Origin: Fastidiosibacter lacustris
GTDB taxonomy: Bacteria; Pseudomonadota; Gammaproteobacteria; Francisellales; Francisellaceae
Direction: 5' to 3'
DNA length: 27,650 nucleotides
Assembly: GCF_003428155.1 (NCBI RefSeq)
Contig: NZ_QLIR01000023.1
Coordinates: 1-27,650, forward strand
Part shown: positions 9,779 to 19,722 of the stretch, piece after piece
Layout of the letters: each line of letters opens with the position of its first letter
Numbering within the stretch: position 1 is the first letter of the stretch
Notes under the pieces: generated by a model
The model's database searches: none
Told to the model about the DNA's origin: nothing
Seen by the model: the letters and a program-made list of their open reading frames with translations, nothing else
Translations under genes and position numbers: made by a program

Positions 9779-10018
9779 AAGATGCGTTTTAATATGGGGG
9801 GGAAGGATACTTTTGAAGTGGTATAAACGGTGGTAGGTTAGAGTTTTAGTTTTCTGACTATAAATTTTTTCGAAAGTATTAAAATAACTGTGTAAATTCA
9901 TTTATAGATTTGTGTTGTCCCAATTGCCCTATTGTTGGCGACAAGTACTTCCTTGGCTTAAAGTAACGTTTTTGCATAAATAGCGCGTCCATCAGGTGGT
10001 AAAAACAAGGTCACCAAA

Positions 10019-10570
10019 TTAATGATCACTACTTGGTTTGTTATAGCGTGATTCAGAAATACTTTGTATTTGTAAGATGATATTGCTTGCAACTTGGGAT
10101 TGTAAATTATTGTAGATTTGGTGTTGCTGAGCGTTACTGCTTAGTTGTTGAGTGGCATTAGTTGTATAGGTTTGTGACGCAGAGTTATTTTGGTTTTTAA
10201 GGATGGCTTGATTTTTATTATTCAATATATCGTAGTTTGCGCTGTAGCTTAGGACATAATCGTTAGAAGATGCACCACCAGTGATGCCAATAAGGCGGCG
10301 ACTTGAGGTGGCACTTTTTATGTCAATTGTAACATCTGCATCTGTAGATGATGTAACAACTTCTGCTCCCGTTGCATTGATGGAGGCAGTTAAAGTATTT
10401 AAAAAATTAAAATCTGTACCTGCATGTCTGATATAAACTTTCTGCATAAATTTTGGCATACCTTCATTCCAGCTACGTAGATGAAAACCGCAACCATAAA
10501 GAAAACTTGCTACTAATACTAAGAACAAAAACTGGATAAAAAAGCATTTTTTCAATAAATAATTGATCAT
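10019..10570 (-). CDS. lptE: LPS-assembly lipoprotein LptE (RlpB)
   Basis: Lies 4 nt downstream of leuS, the conserved leuS-lptE arrangement. Lipobox plus LptE motif LYGCGFHLRS. Length 183 aa. Confidence 0.8.
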   Translation of the reverse strand: MINYLLKKCFFIQFLFLVLVASFLYGCGFHLRSWNEGMPKFMQKVYIRHAGTDFNFLNTLTASINATGAEVVTSSTDADVTIDIKSATSSRRLIGITGGASSNDYVLSYSANYDILNNKNQAILKNQNNSASQTYTTNATQQLSSNAQQHQIYNNLQSQVASNIILQIQSISESRYNKPSSDH

Positions 10571-10574
10571 CTAA

Positions 10575-13004
10575 TCACGCTCCCACTACAATATTTAGAA
10601 GTTTTCTAGGGACATAAATCATTTTTTTAATAACCTTGCCTTCTAATAGTTTGACCACAACTTCATGTGCTACGACCATATCTTTAATTTGTTGTTGGCT
10701 TAAATCGCTTGGCACATCAAGCTTGGTGCGAAGCTTACCGTTGATTTGAATCACCAGGGTAAAGCGATCACTCTTAAGTGCTTTATTATCCACCTGTGGG
10801 AAGCCCGCTGTTAGAATATCACTGCCAAATCCTAATTCTACCCATAACGCTTGTGCAATATGTGGTGTAAAAGGTGCAAGTAAGCGTAATAGAATATTAA
10901 TGCCTTCGCTAATAAGTTCAGATGGATTAGCATTTTGTAGGCTATTAAATATTTTCATACAGGCAGAGACAACCGTATTAAATTGCATTTTTTCAAAATC
11001 AACTAATGCTTGCTTAAGTGTTGTATGTATTTCTAAACGTACACTTTTATCGTTGCTATCAAGTTTATTGGTATCGACTTGTAGGTGAGGATCGATGCTA
11101 TCTTTGTTTGTATAAATATAATTCCAAATTTTCTTTAAGAAGCGGTGCGCACCATCTACACCTGAGTCTGACCATTCAAGTGACTGCTCAGGAGGAGCGG
11201 CAAACATACTAAATAGGCGAACGGTATCGACACCATATTTATTGATTAGGTGTTGTGGATCAACGGTATTTCCTTTTGATTTCGACATCTTAGCACCATC
11301 TTTTAAGACCATCCCTTGTGTTAAAAGGTTTGTAAAAGGCTCACTACTTGTTACAAGTCCTGCATCACGCATCAGTTTATGGAAGAATCGTGCATAAAGT
11401 AAGTGCATGATTGCATGTTCAATACCTCCTATGTACTGATCAACAGGTAGCCAGTAATTTGCTTCATCCTCTAACATTTGATCTGCATTTGGGCAGGTGT
11501 AACGTGCATAATACCAAGAGGATTCCATAAAAGTATCAAAGGTATCGGTTTCTCGAGTTGCTTTGCTACCACATTTGGGACAGTTTGTTTCATAAAACCT
11601 GGGCAAAAGTTTAAGCGGTGAGATTGTGCCGTTTAAAGTAACATCTTTTGGTAGTTTAACAGGTAGATTTTGTTCTTTTTCAGCGACGATACCACAGTGA
11701 TCACAGTGAATCATTGGAATAGGACAGCCCCAGTAACGTTGACGTGAAACACCCCAATCACGAATCCTAAAGTTGGTTGTCACTTCCCCTTTATTATGAG
11801 TAATAAGGTGTTCACTTATTTTGCTAAATGCTTGATCAAAGTTTAAGCCGTTGAAGTTACCTGAGTTGATTAAAATACCTTTCTCAGTGATCGCACCTTT
11901 GCCTAAATCTGTGTTACCTTCTGTCGTTTCAATCACTTGTTTTAAAGAAATATGATATTTATGAGCAAATTCCCAATCGCGATCATCATGAGCTGGAACC
12001 GACATGATTGCGCCTGTGCCATAGCTCATTAATACGAAATTTGCTATCCATACTTCAACTTTTTCGTTGGTGATCGGGTGAGTGGCATAAAATGATGTTT
12101 TAATACCGAGTTTTTCTTGGGTAGCAAGATCTGCTTCCATCGTAGAAGTTTGTTGACATTTTCTAATAAATTGAGCGATTTTGGGATCATTTTGAGCTGC
12201 TTGTGTGGCTAGGGGGTGTTCAGCTGCAATGGCTAAATAGGTCACTCCCATCAAAGTATCAGGGCGCGTAGTGAAAACCTTTAGTTTTGTGCCATTTACG
12301 TCAAAACAAACAGTAACGCCTTTTGATTTGCCAATCCAGTTGGTTTGCATTACCTTAACAGCTTCTGGCCAGCCTTGTAATCGGTCTAAGTCTTTTAATA
12401 ATTCGTCAGCATAATCGGTGATTTTAATAAACCATTGAGGAATTTCTTTTTTCTCAATAAGTGCCCCTGAGCGCCAGCCTCGACCATCAACAACTTGTTC
12501 ATTAGCAAGTACGGTTTGATCAATTGGATCCCAGTTAACAACTGAGTTTTTACGATAGGCTAAACCTTTTTCAAATAGCTTAATAAAAAACCATTGCTCC
12601 CAGCGATAATAGCTGTCGTCACAAGTAGCAATTTCACGATCCCAATCATAACCAAAACCAAGTGATTGTAGTTGTTTTTTCATATGGTCAATATTGCTAT
12701 AAGTCCAATCAGCAGGGACCTTTTGGTGTTTAATGGCAGCATTTTCGGCTGGAAGCCCAAACGCATCCCATCCCATTGGTTGTAATACATTTTTGCCAAG
12801 CATTTTTTGATAACGACTAATCACATCTCCTAAGGTGTAATTACGTACATGCCCCATATGTAGTGTTCCACTTGGATAAGGTAGCATTGAAAGGCTATAA
12901 AACTTCTCTTTTGAATTATCTTTTATTGCTTTAAAAGACTGGTTGTCATGCCAGAATTTCTGTACGGCTTTTTCTAAGTTTGTAAAATCATAAGTTGCTT
13001 GCAT
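10575..13004 (-). CDS. leuS: Leucine--tRNA ligase
   Basis: HIGH motif ([13 protein letters not shown]), KMSKS motif ([10 protein letters not shown]), and a CP1 editing domain region. I prefer the ATG at 13004 (MQATYDF...); the track offers a TTG at 13016 as an alternative. Confidence 0.95.
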   Translation of the reverse strand: MQATYDFTNLEKAVQKFWHDNQSFKAIKDNSKEKFYSLSMLPYPSGTLHMGHVRNYTLGDVISRYQKMLGKNVLQPMGWDAFGLPAENAAIKHQKVPADWTYSNIDHMKKQLQSLGFGYDWDREIATCDDSYYRWEQWFFIKLFEKGLAYRKNSVVNWDPIDQTVLANEQVVDGRGWRSGALIEKKEIPQWFIKITDYADELLKDLDRLQGWPEAVKVMQTNWIGKSKGVTVCFDVNGTKLKVFTTRPDTLMGVTYLAIAAEHPLATQAAQNDPKIAQFIRKCQQTSTMEADLATQEKLGIKTSFYATHPITNEKVEVWIANFVLMSYGTGAIMSVPAHDDRDWEFAHKYHISLKQVIETTEGNTDLGKGAITEKGILINSGNFNGLNFDQAFSKISEHLITHNKGEVTTNFRIRDWGVSRQRYWGCPIPMIHCDHCGIVAEKEQNLPVKLPKDVTLNGTISPLKLLPRFYETNCPKCGSKATRETDTFDTFMESSWYYARYTCPNADQMLEDEANYWLPVDQYIGGIEHAIMHLLYARFFHKLMRDAGLVTSSEPFTNLLTQGMVLKDGAKMSKSKGNTVDPQHLINKYGVDTVRLFSMFAAPPEQSLEWSDSGVDGAHRFLKKIWNYIYTNKDSIDPHLQVDTNKLDSNDKSVRLEIHTTLKQALVDFEKMQFNTVVSACMKIFNSLQNANPSELISEGINILLRLLAPFTPHIAQALWVELGFGSDILTAGFPQVDNKALKSDRFTLVIQINGKLRTKLDVPSDLSQQQIKDMVVAHEVVVKLLEGKVIKKMIYVPRKLLNIVVGA

Positions 13005-13207
13005 GAGGTTATCCAATATGATGCTTGGTTTTTATTAAACTTACAAATACTTAAGGCGTAATGGTAGCGAAATTTTAGGATTGAAACCAGGGCGTAAATC
13101 GATTTTCTTTAAGTTTTAAAGAAGTAGGAGATGCTAATTTCATTTACGATTTTTTTATCTTTTATGCTACCATGAGCCATCTTTGTCCCAGATGGGTAGG
13201 ATTTCTT

Positions 13208-13459
13208 ATGGCAATTGATATACAACAAGATTTAGATCAAGAGGTGCTTGCGCGCGTGCGTTGGGCAGCAAGGCGCGGCATGTTAGAGCTTGATTTGATG
13301 TTATCTTCTTATATTGAGAGTGAATATTTAAAGGCTTCTAATGAAGAAAAACAAGCGTTCCACACTCTGTTAGAGTGTGAAGATCAAGACTTATTTAATT
13401 GGTTTATCAAGTCTAAACCAGTGGATAAAAAACACCAAAAAATGGTAGCAAAAATTTTA
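13208..13459 (+). other. sdhE: SdhE/YgfY (Sdh5-family FAD assembly factor) domain, encoded in frame with putA
   Basis: RVRWAARRGMLELDLMLSSYIESEYLKASNEEKQAFHTLLECEDQDLFNWFI...MVAKIL aligns along its length with E. coli SdhE as recalled ([25 protein letters not shown]...[22 protein letters not shown]...MVRLIQ). This includes the RGxxE motif. Confidence 0.8.
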
Positions 13460-16400
13460 ACGATTAAACAGCAAGGTACTCAAAGACAAGCACAAGATGC
13501 TACAGTTGAAAGCTGTGATGATTTGCAAGGTGAGGTAAGCATGATTTTAGATCGCATAGATAAATTTGATCAATCCCCTTTAATGCAAGAGGTTTCTAAG
13601 TATTGGTTATGTAACGAGAAGACAATCGTTGAAAAGCTTGCTAAAGAAGCTGCGCTTACAGAAAACGAACGCTTGAAAATACAGGATATTGCCAGTGGTT
13701 TGGTTGCAAGCGTACGTGAAACTCGGTTAAGTAAAAGTGGGCTAGATGCCTTTATGACCAAATATGATTTATCAAGTGATGAGGGTATCGTCCTCATGTG
13801 TTTGGCTGAAGCATTATTGCGTGTGCCTGATAAATATACAGCAGACAAGCTAATTAAAGACAAACTCACAAGTGCGAATTGGCAGGAACATGTTGGTGAC
13901 AGTGAGTATTTGTTTGTTAATGCAGCAACGTGGTGTTTGATGTTGACTGGTAAAATTTTAAAACCAGAGCTATATCAAAATAAGTTTAAAACCGTGCTCA
14001 AGAACTTCTTAGATAAGCGTTCGCGCCCTGTGGTGCGTCGCGCGGTTATGCACGCGATGAAAATCTTAGGTCAGCAGTATGTAATGGGTGAAACGATTGA
14101 AAAAGCCTTAAAGCGTGCTAAAGAGAAAGAAGAAATCGGCTTTACTTATTCATATGATATGTTAGGTGAGGCAGCAACGACGATGGCAGATGCTGAATTC
14201 TACTACAACGAATACCATAAAGCGATTGAGGCAATTGGTAAAGCTGCGCATAAATATAGTGTACGTACTAATCCAGGCATTTCTGTGAAGTTATCAGCAC
14301 TTCACCCACGTTATAAAGTTGCACAAGTAGATCGTGTACACCTTGAGATGTATCCAAAGCTCTTAAAACTTGTTGAATTAGCACAAAGCTATAATATCGG
14401 TTTAAATATCGATGCCGAAGAAACAGAGCGTTTAGAGCTTTCTCTTGAACTTGTTAAGCGACTTGCGTATGAGAGAAAATTACAAGGCTTTGAAGGTATT
14501 GGTATCGTGGTGCAAGCATATCAAAAACGTGCAAGTTTTGTACTCGATTATTTAATTGATTTGGCAGAGCAAACAGGTCATAGATTCATGATTCGTTTGG
14601 TTAAAGGTGCATATTGGGATTCAGAGATTAAACGTGCTCAAGTGGAGGGCTTAGAAGATTACCCAGTATTTACTCATAAGTGTTATACTGATCTTTCCTA
14701 CCAAGCATGTGTTAAAAAAATATTTAACCATACGAAGCATATTTATCCACAATTTGCCACGCATAATGCGTATACAACAGCATTGGTGATGCACTTAGCG
14801 GGAGAATACAAAGACTATGAGTTTCAATGTCTTCATGGTATGGGTGATGCACTTTACGATCATGTGGTTGGTAAGAGCAATTTTAATATACCTTGTCGAA
14901 TTTACGCTCCTGTTGGTACATATAAGCACTTATTACCTTATTTAGTAAGGCGATTATTGGAAAATGGTGCCAACTCGTCATTTGTGCATCGTATCGTTGA
15001 TGAAAAAACACCGATTGAAAGCTTAGTAGAAGACCCAGTGCAAAAAGCTGAGTGTTTAGGCTTTTTACCTCATTTGCAAATTGCATTACCGGTTAATATG
15101 TTTGGAGAAGAAAGAATGAATTCTAAAAGTTATAACTTAAATGATACCAGAACCCTTGAGAAACTTGCTTTACAGATGAGTCAGTTTGATCATAATGATT
15201 ATATTGCTAGACCCTTAGTTGTCGGTGTTGACACTTCTAAACTGGTGGCAGAAAACATTATTAATCCTGCTAATAATCAAGTATTTGGTAAAGTATATAA
15301 TGCTAATAAAGCTATTGCTCAAATAGCAATGAAAGTGGCACATACTGCATTTGATAGCTGGAGTTTAGTTAATGCAAATAAGCGCGCTCAAGCACTAGAG
15401 AAATGCGCAAATTTATTGGAAGAAAATATGCCAAAATTTATGGCAATTGCTGTGCGTGAAGCAGGTAAAACACTTGCAAGTGCTTTAGCAGAAGTGCGTG
15501 AAGCCGTTGATTTTTGTCGTTACTATGCCGCACAAGCCAAAGCTGAATTTGCAAATCCTAAGACACTTCCAGGACCTACTGGTGAGTTAAATCAAATTAG
15601 CTTGCATGGTAGAGGAGCTGTTGTTTGTATTAGTCCTTGGAATTTCCCGTTAGCGATTTTCTTAGGTGAGGTAACAGCTGCTCTTGCCGCAGGAAATACC
15701 GTTGTGGCTAAACCTGCTGAACAAACGCCAATTATTGCTTATGAAGCAATAAAATTATTACATGAAGCGGGTATTCCTAAAGATGTTGTGCAACTTGTGC
15801 CTGGCACAGGAGAAGAAGTGGGTGCAGCCTTAACCCAAGATCTACACGTTGCAGGAGTAGTTTTCACTGGTTCTACCGACGTTGCAAGACTTATTCAACG
15901 AACACTTTCTGCCAAAGAAGGTGCGATTGTACCATTTATTGCAGAAACAGGTGGTCAAAATGTGATGGTGGTGGACTCGTCGTCCTTACCAGAGCAAGTG
16001 GTACAAGACGTTATTTCATCAGCTTTTGATAGTGCAGGTCAACGTTGTTCTGCGTTAAGAGTGTTGTATTTGCAACAAGAGATTGCTGATACGGTTGTTA
16101 CCATGTTAAAAGGTGCGATGAATGAACTTAAGGTCCATGATCCTGCATTTATTGAAACTGATATAGGACCTGTAATTGACCAAGAAGCACAAGCAAATCT
16201 TAAAGCACATATCGATCATATGCGTAAATCTGCCAAGCTTGTTCATGAGATTGCAAGTGATAAGACCTTAGAAAAAGGTAACTATATTTATCCTGTGGTG
16301 TTTGAAATCGATAGTATCAAAGCACTTAAGCGAGAAGTATTTGGTCCTGTATTACATATCATACGCTTTAAGGCTGATGAGATGGACAAAGTTGCCAAAG

Positions 16401-16684
16401 ACGTTAATTCAACAGGTTATGGTTTAACTTTTGGTATCCATAGTCGGATTCAAGAAACCATAGATTTTTTTATAAAGCACATTCGTGTCGGCAATATGTA
16501 CATTAACCGTAATATCGTTGGTGCAGTTGTTGGCGTACAGCCATTTGGTGGACAAGGTTTATCTGGAACAGGTCCTAAAGCAGGTGGACCACTTTATTTA
16601 CATCGCCTAGCAGTTGAGCGCTCAATTAGTATCAATACAACAGCATCAGGTGGTAATGCGTCATTGATGAGTTTGGAGCAGTAA
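13208..16684 (+). CDS. putA: Bifunctional proline dehydrogenase / L-glutamate-gamma-semialdehyde (P5C) dehydrogenase PutA with an in-frame N-terminal SdhE-like module
   Basis: PRODH part: LMCLAEALLRVPD, YSYDMLGEAA, LVKGAYWDSEIKRAQ. P5CDH part: FIAETGGQN (catalytic Glu) and AGQRCSALRVL (catalytic Cys). I prefer the start at ATG 13208, which has AGGA ~6 nt upstream, over the track start at 13172. No in-frame stop occurs between the SdhE-like segment and PutA. Confidence 0.9.
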   Translation: MAIDIQQDLDQEVLARVRWAARRGMLELDLMLSSYIESEYLKASNEEKQAFHTLLECEDQDLFNWFIKSKPVDKKHQKMVAKILTIKQQGTQRQAQDATVESCDDLQGEVSMILDRIDKFDQSPLMQEVSKYWLCNEKTIVEKLAKEAALTENERLKIQDIASGLVASVRETRLSKSGLDAFMTKYDLSSDEGIVLMCLAEALLRVPDKYTADKLIKDKLTSANWQEHVGDSEYLFVNAATWCLMLTGKILKPELYQNKFKTVLKNFLDKRSRPVVRRAVMHAMKILGQQYVMGETIEKALKRAKEKEEIGFTYSYDMLGEAATTMADAEFYYNEYHKAIEAIGKAAHKYSVRTNPGISVKLSALHPRYKVAQVDRVHLEMYPKLLKLVELAQSYNIGLNIDAEETERLELSLELVKRLAYERKLQGFEGIGIVVQAYQKRASFVLDYLIDLAEQTGHRFMIRLVKGAYWDSEIKRAQVEGLEDYPVFTHKCYTDLSYQACVKKIFNHTKHIYPQFATHNAYTTALVMHLAGEYKDYEFQCLHGMGDALYDHVVGKSNFNIPCRIYAPVGTYKHLLPYLVRRLLENGANSSFVHRIVDEKTPIESLVEDPVQKAECLGFLPHLQIALPVNMFGEERMNSKSYNLNDTRTLEKLALQMSQFDHNDYIARPLVVGVDTSKLVAENIINPANNQVFGKVYNANKAIAQIAMKVAHTAFDSWSLVNANKRAQALEKCANLLEENMPKFMAIAVREAGKTLASALAEVREAVDFCRYYAAQAKAEFANPKTLPGPTGELNQISLHGRGAVVCISPWNFPLAIFLGEVTAALAAGNTVVAKPAEQTPIIAYEAIKLLHEAGIPKDVVQLVPGTGEEVGAALTQDLHVAGVVFTGSTDVARLIQRTLSAKEGAIVPFIAETGGQNVMVVDSSSLPEQVVQDVISSAFDSAGQRCSALRVLYLQQEIADTVVTMLKGAMNELKVHDPAFIETDIGPVIDQEAQANLKAHIDHMRKSAKLVHEIASDKTLEKGNYIYPVVFEIDSIKALKREVFGPVLHIIRFKADEMDKVAKDVNSTGYGLTFGIHSRIQETIDFFIKHIRVGNMYINRNIVGAVVGVQPFGGQGLSGTGPKAGGPLYLHRLAVERSISINTTASGGNASLMSLEQ
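13531..13543 (+). promoter_or_regulatory. Possible internal ribosome-binding site plus ATG for a stand-alone PutA
   Basis: GGTGAGGTAAGC precedes ATG (13541), i.e. a GAGG Shine-Dalgarno ~6 nt upstream of an in-frame Met, at about the position where PutA homology should begin. Confidence 0.3.
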
Positions 16685-16722
16685 CACAATCTATCTGGTC
16701 TATCAACAATAATCCTATCAAC

Positions 16723-17835
16723 TTAGGTTTTTTCTATTGCTTGCTGGATTATAGTTAATTGTGTTTTTTCAACTACTTTTGCAATAGTTTTTTTGTTTTT
16801 TAAGTCTTTAATTTCAGCGATATAATTATACTCTTTGAGTGCGCGTACGATATTCTGGCTAAGCGTGATGGATGCTAAAGCTTGAGGGTGTTCATGATAA
16901 ATATATTGAAATGTATATATGAGTAGATCAAAGCTTTGTGTATTGCGTAAAGCGTTAGCTGCTTTTAAAGTTCTTAATATTTCTTGTTCTGAAAAAGCAT
17001 AAATATTGCTAAAAAAATGATGATACCGATATGTTTCTAAGCATAATATTTGTGTAACTTTGGGAGTTCTTAGTTGTGATAAAACTTTGCTTATTAGTAC
17101 TTCATTTGCAAGTGGAAATAATAGTAAGGCAAACAAAATATCAGTTTGTTGACAGTTTTGTGTCTTAGCGTGGATGATATGAGATAGATCTTTATATGAA
17201 AGTTTTGCAAGAGGGGAAACAATGTGTTTAAAGACACCAGTATTTTGCAGAGTTTGAATGAAGATTTCTGGGTTTGGTGTTGAAAAAGCCTTAATAAATT
17301 CCTGATAAATGCGTTCAGATGATAGTCTTTCTAATTCATTATTGGCAACAATTGTACGCATAAGTGTTTGTGTTGCAGGTGCAATCGTAAAACCTAAGTA
17401 GTGAAATTTGGCAGCAAAACGTGCAACGCGCAACACCCGTAAGGGATCTTCACAAAACGCATTACTGACATGGCGAAGTGTTCTACTTTCTATATCTTTT
17501 TTGCCCCTAAATGGATCGTGTAACAACCCATCTTCATCGATTGCCATTGCATTAATTGTTAAATCTCGACGCTTTAGATCATCGACTAAACGAACATCTT
17601 CTGTGTTGAAAGTAAATCCTTGATAGCCTTTATCTACTTTTATTTCGGTGCGGGCAAGTGCATATTCTTCATAAGTTTCAGGGTGTAAAAAAACAGGGAA
17701 TCGTTTGCCAACTTGAATAAATCCTTTATCTAACATTTCTTGGCTTGAACCATCGACAACAAGCCAGTCACGATCTTCTACTTTGAGGCCTAAGAGCTTA
17801 TCGCGTACTGCCCCACCTACTAAATACGTTTTCAT
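16723..17835 (-). CDS. cca: CCA-adding enzyme / tRNA nucleotidyltransferase (class II), without recognisable HD motifs
   Basis: [46 protein letters not shown]. Length 370 aa. Confidence 0.9.
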   Translation of the reverse strand: MKTYLVGGAVRDKLLGLKVEDRDWLVVDGSSQEMLDKGFIQVGKRFPVFLHPETYEEYALARTEIKVDKGYQGFTFNTEDVRLVDDLKRRDLTINAMAIDEDGLLHDPFRGKKDIESRTLRHVSNAFCEDPLRVLRVARFAAKFHYLGFTIAPATQTLMRTIVANNELERLSSERIYQEFIKAFSTPNPEIFIQTLQNTGVFKHIVSPLAKLSYKDLSHIIHAKTQNCQQTDILFALLLFPLANEVLISKVLSQLRTPKVTQILCLETYRYHHFFSNIYAFSEQEILRTLKAANALRNTQSFDLLIYTFQYIYHEHPQALASITLSQNIVRALKEYNYIAEIKDLKNKKTIAKVVEKTQLTIIQQAIEKT

Positions 17836-17936
17836 GTTATTTTATTTCTATTTATCCAAATTGGCTTATTGCTTTATGTTATCAATAAATTTCGGTAAAC
17901 TCTGTCTAATTTGTGTTTTGGATCTCAAAAATTAAT

Positions 17937-19697
17937 ATGCAACTTTCTGAAAATGTGCACAAGAAAACCTATAGTTTATATCGAAGGTTGTTATGGGAAG
18001 TGCATTCATTGTGGCCTTTACTCATTATTTCTGTGATTGGTAGTATTGTATATTCTGGCTGTGATGCTTATGCAATGTATTTGATTAAACCGTTGTTAAA
18101 TGAAGGTTTTACACCAACTGGGGGCGAGTTTTTGAAAACCATTGCTTTGGTATTTTTATTATTGTTTACCTTGCGTGGAGTTGGTTCATTTCTATCTTCA
18201 TTTTTCATGGGGAAACTAGGAGCAAGCGTTGTCTATCGTTTCCGTAAAAAGCTTTTTCGACGTTTTTTGGATTTGCCAGCGCATTATTATGATAGAACTT
18301 CTTCAGGAAAGCTATTATCTAAAATGCTTTATAACGTAGATCAAGTGACTAGTGCAACAGGTTCAGCGATTATTACCGTAGTTCAAGATGGAACGTTTGT
18401 AATTGGATTAGTTATTGTGATGGTGGTAACAAGCTGGCAATTATCGATTACAGTGATTGTGGTTGCGCCATTTTTAACTGTTTTTATTACTTGGATTAGT
18501 AAAAAATTCCGCCATTATAGTCGCAATACACAATTGGCGATGGGCTCGGTAACACACGTTGCAGAAGAATCATTGATCAACTATAAAGAAATCCGTATTT
18601 TTGGTGGTCAGCAATACCAGCTGCAAAAGTTTGATCACAATTTAAGTTATACTTATCGCCAACAAATTAAAACTTTAATGTTAGATGGGTTGTCCTCACC
18701 GATTATTCAATTTATCGGTGCGATTGTTATTGCGATTATCTTATTTATCGTTGCCACTTATGGTTTAAAAGAAGGTGGTTGGTTAGATGCTGGTGGATTT
18801 GTATCATTTTTTGCATCGATGATGGCTATTTTAAAACCGATTAAAAACCTTACTAACGTTAACTCGACAATTCAAAAAGCCATTGCCGCAACAGAGGATA
18901 TTTTTGAGATTTTAGATCATACTCCTGAAGCAGATAGAGGGACTAATAAGCTTGAAAATGTGAAGGGTGAAGTTGAATTTAAAGCGGTAAGTTTTCAATA
19001 CCCTGAAGGAAAACAAATGGTACTAAAAAACGTTAACCTTATCGCTGAAAAAGGTCAGACGGTTGCTTTAGTTGGGCGTTCAGGAGGTGGCAAGACGACC
19101 ATGGTTAATCTGTTAGCACGTTTTTATGAGCCAACTAAAGGTCAAATTTTATTAGATGATGTGGATATGCAGTCACTAACTTTATGTAATTTAAGAAGTC
19201 ATATTTCATTAGTTTCACAACATGTTAATTTATTTGATGATACGATATTTCATAATATTGCATATGGTCGAGAAGGTGAAGTCAGTGAAGAGGAAGTTAT
19301 AGCAGCAGCTAAAGCTGCAAATGCTTGGGATTTTATTAAAAAATTACCAAAAGGTCTCTATACAGAGGTTGGGCAAAATGGCTTAAGTTTATCAGGTGGA
19401 CAGCGCCAACGAGTCGCAATTGCAAGAGCAATATTAAAAGATGCACCTGTATTGATCTTAGATGAGGCAACCAGTGCGCTAGATAATGAATCTGAGCGTA
19501 TTGTTCAGCAAGCCCTAGAGCATTTAATGAAAAATCGTACCACTTTTGTTGTAGCACATAGGCTTTCTACTGTTGAACATGCTGATAAGATCGTTGTTAT
19601 GGATGGTGGTGAAATCGTCGAAATTGGCAAGCATAGTGAACTACTACAAAGTGAAAATGGCTTATATCGTCAGTTATACCAGCAATCGCTAAGCTAA
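17937..19697 (+). CDS. msbA: Lipid A export ABC transporter (permease/ATPase) MsbA
   Basis: Six-TMS N-terminal domain. Walker A GRSGGGKTT, ABC signature LSGGQRQR, Walker B LILDEATSALD. Directly upstream of lpxK. I prefer ATG 17937 (MQLSENVH...) over the GTG at 17913. Confidence 0.95.
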   Translation: MQLSENVHKKTYSLYRRLLWEVHSLWPLLIISVIGSIVYSGCDAYAMYLIKPLLNEGFTPTGGEFLKTIALVFLLLFTLRGVGSFLSSFFMGKLGASVVYRFRKKLFRRFLDLPAHYYDRTSSGKLLSKMLYNVDQVTSATGSAIITVVQDGTFVIGLVIVMVVTSWQLSITVIVVAPFLTVFITWISKKFRHYSRNTQLAMGSVTHVAEESLINYKEIRIFGGQQYQLQKFDHNLSYTYRQQIKTLMLDGLSSPIIQFIGAIVIAIILFIVATYGLKEGGWLDAGGFVSFFASMMAILKPIKNLTNVNSTIQKAIAATEDIFEILDHTPEADRGTNKLENVKGEVEFKAVSFQYPEGKQMVLKNVNLIAEKGQTVALVGRSGGGKTTMVNLLARFYEPTKGQILLDDVDMQSLTLCNLRSHISLVSQHVNLFDDTIFHNIAYGREGEVSEEEVIAAAKAANAWDFIKKLPKGLYTEVGQNGLSLSGGQRQRVAIARAILKDAPVLILDEATSALDNESERIVQQALEHLMKNRTTFVVAHRLSTVEHADKIVVMDGGEIVEIGKHSELLQSENGLYRQLYQQSLS

Positions 19698-19722
19698 ATG
19701 ATCAAGTGATCGAGGTTAATAA

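Noticed and set aside
9800-9830. G7 run plus purine-rich tract after icd, considered as a possible structured RNA or G-quadruplex element
   Set aside because: There is only a single G-run and no complementary C-tract or repeated G-tracts nearby, which is insufficient for any structural call.
10900-11212. Plus-strand ORFs 10900-11088 and 11018-11212 opposite leuS
   Set aside because: They are antisense shadow ORFs within leuS and carry no motifs.
13172-13207. 12-codon N-terminal extension (MSHLCPRWVGFL) of the SdhE-PutA ORF
   Set aside because: The ATG at 13208 has an AGGA ~6 nt upstream and coincides with the start of SdhE homology, whereas the extension has no homology. Similar reasoning led me to trim the track starts at 7379 (to 7328), 13016 (to 13004) and 17913 (to 17937).
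13570-15086. Minus-strand ORFs 13570-13869 and 14883-15086 inside putA
   Set aside because: They are antisense to a gene with clear catalytic motifs, and their Ser/Leu-rich translations are typical of shadow frames.
17408-17623. Plus-strand 71-aa ORF opposite cca
   Set aside because: It is antisense to cca, has an Arg/Ser-rich low-complexity translation, and has no support.
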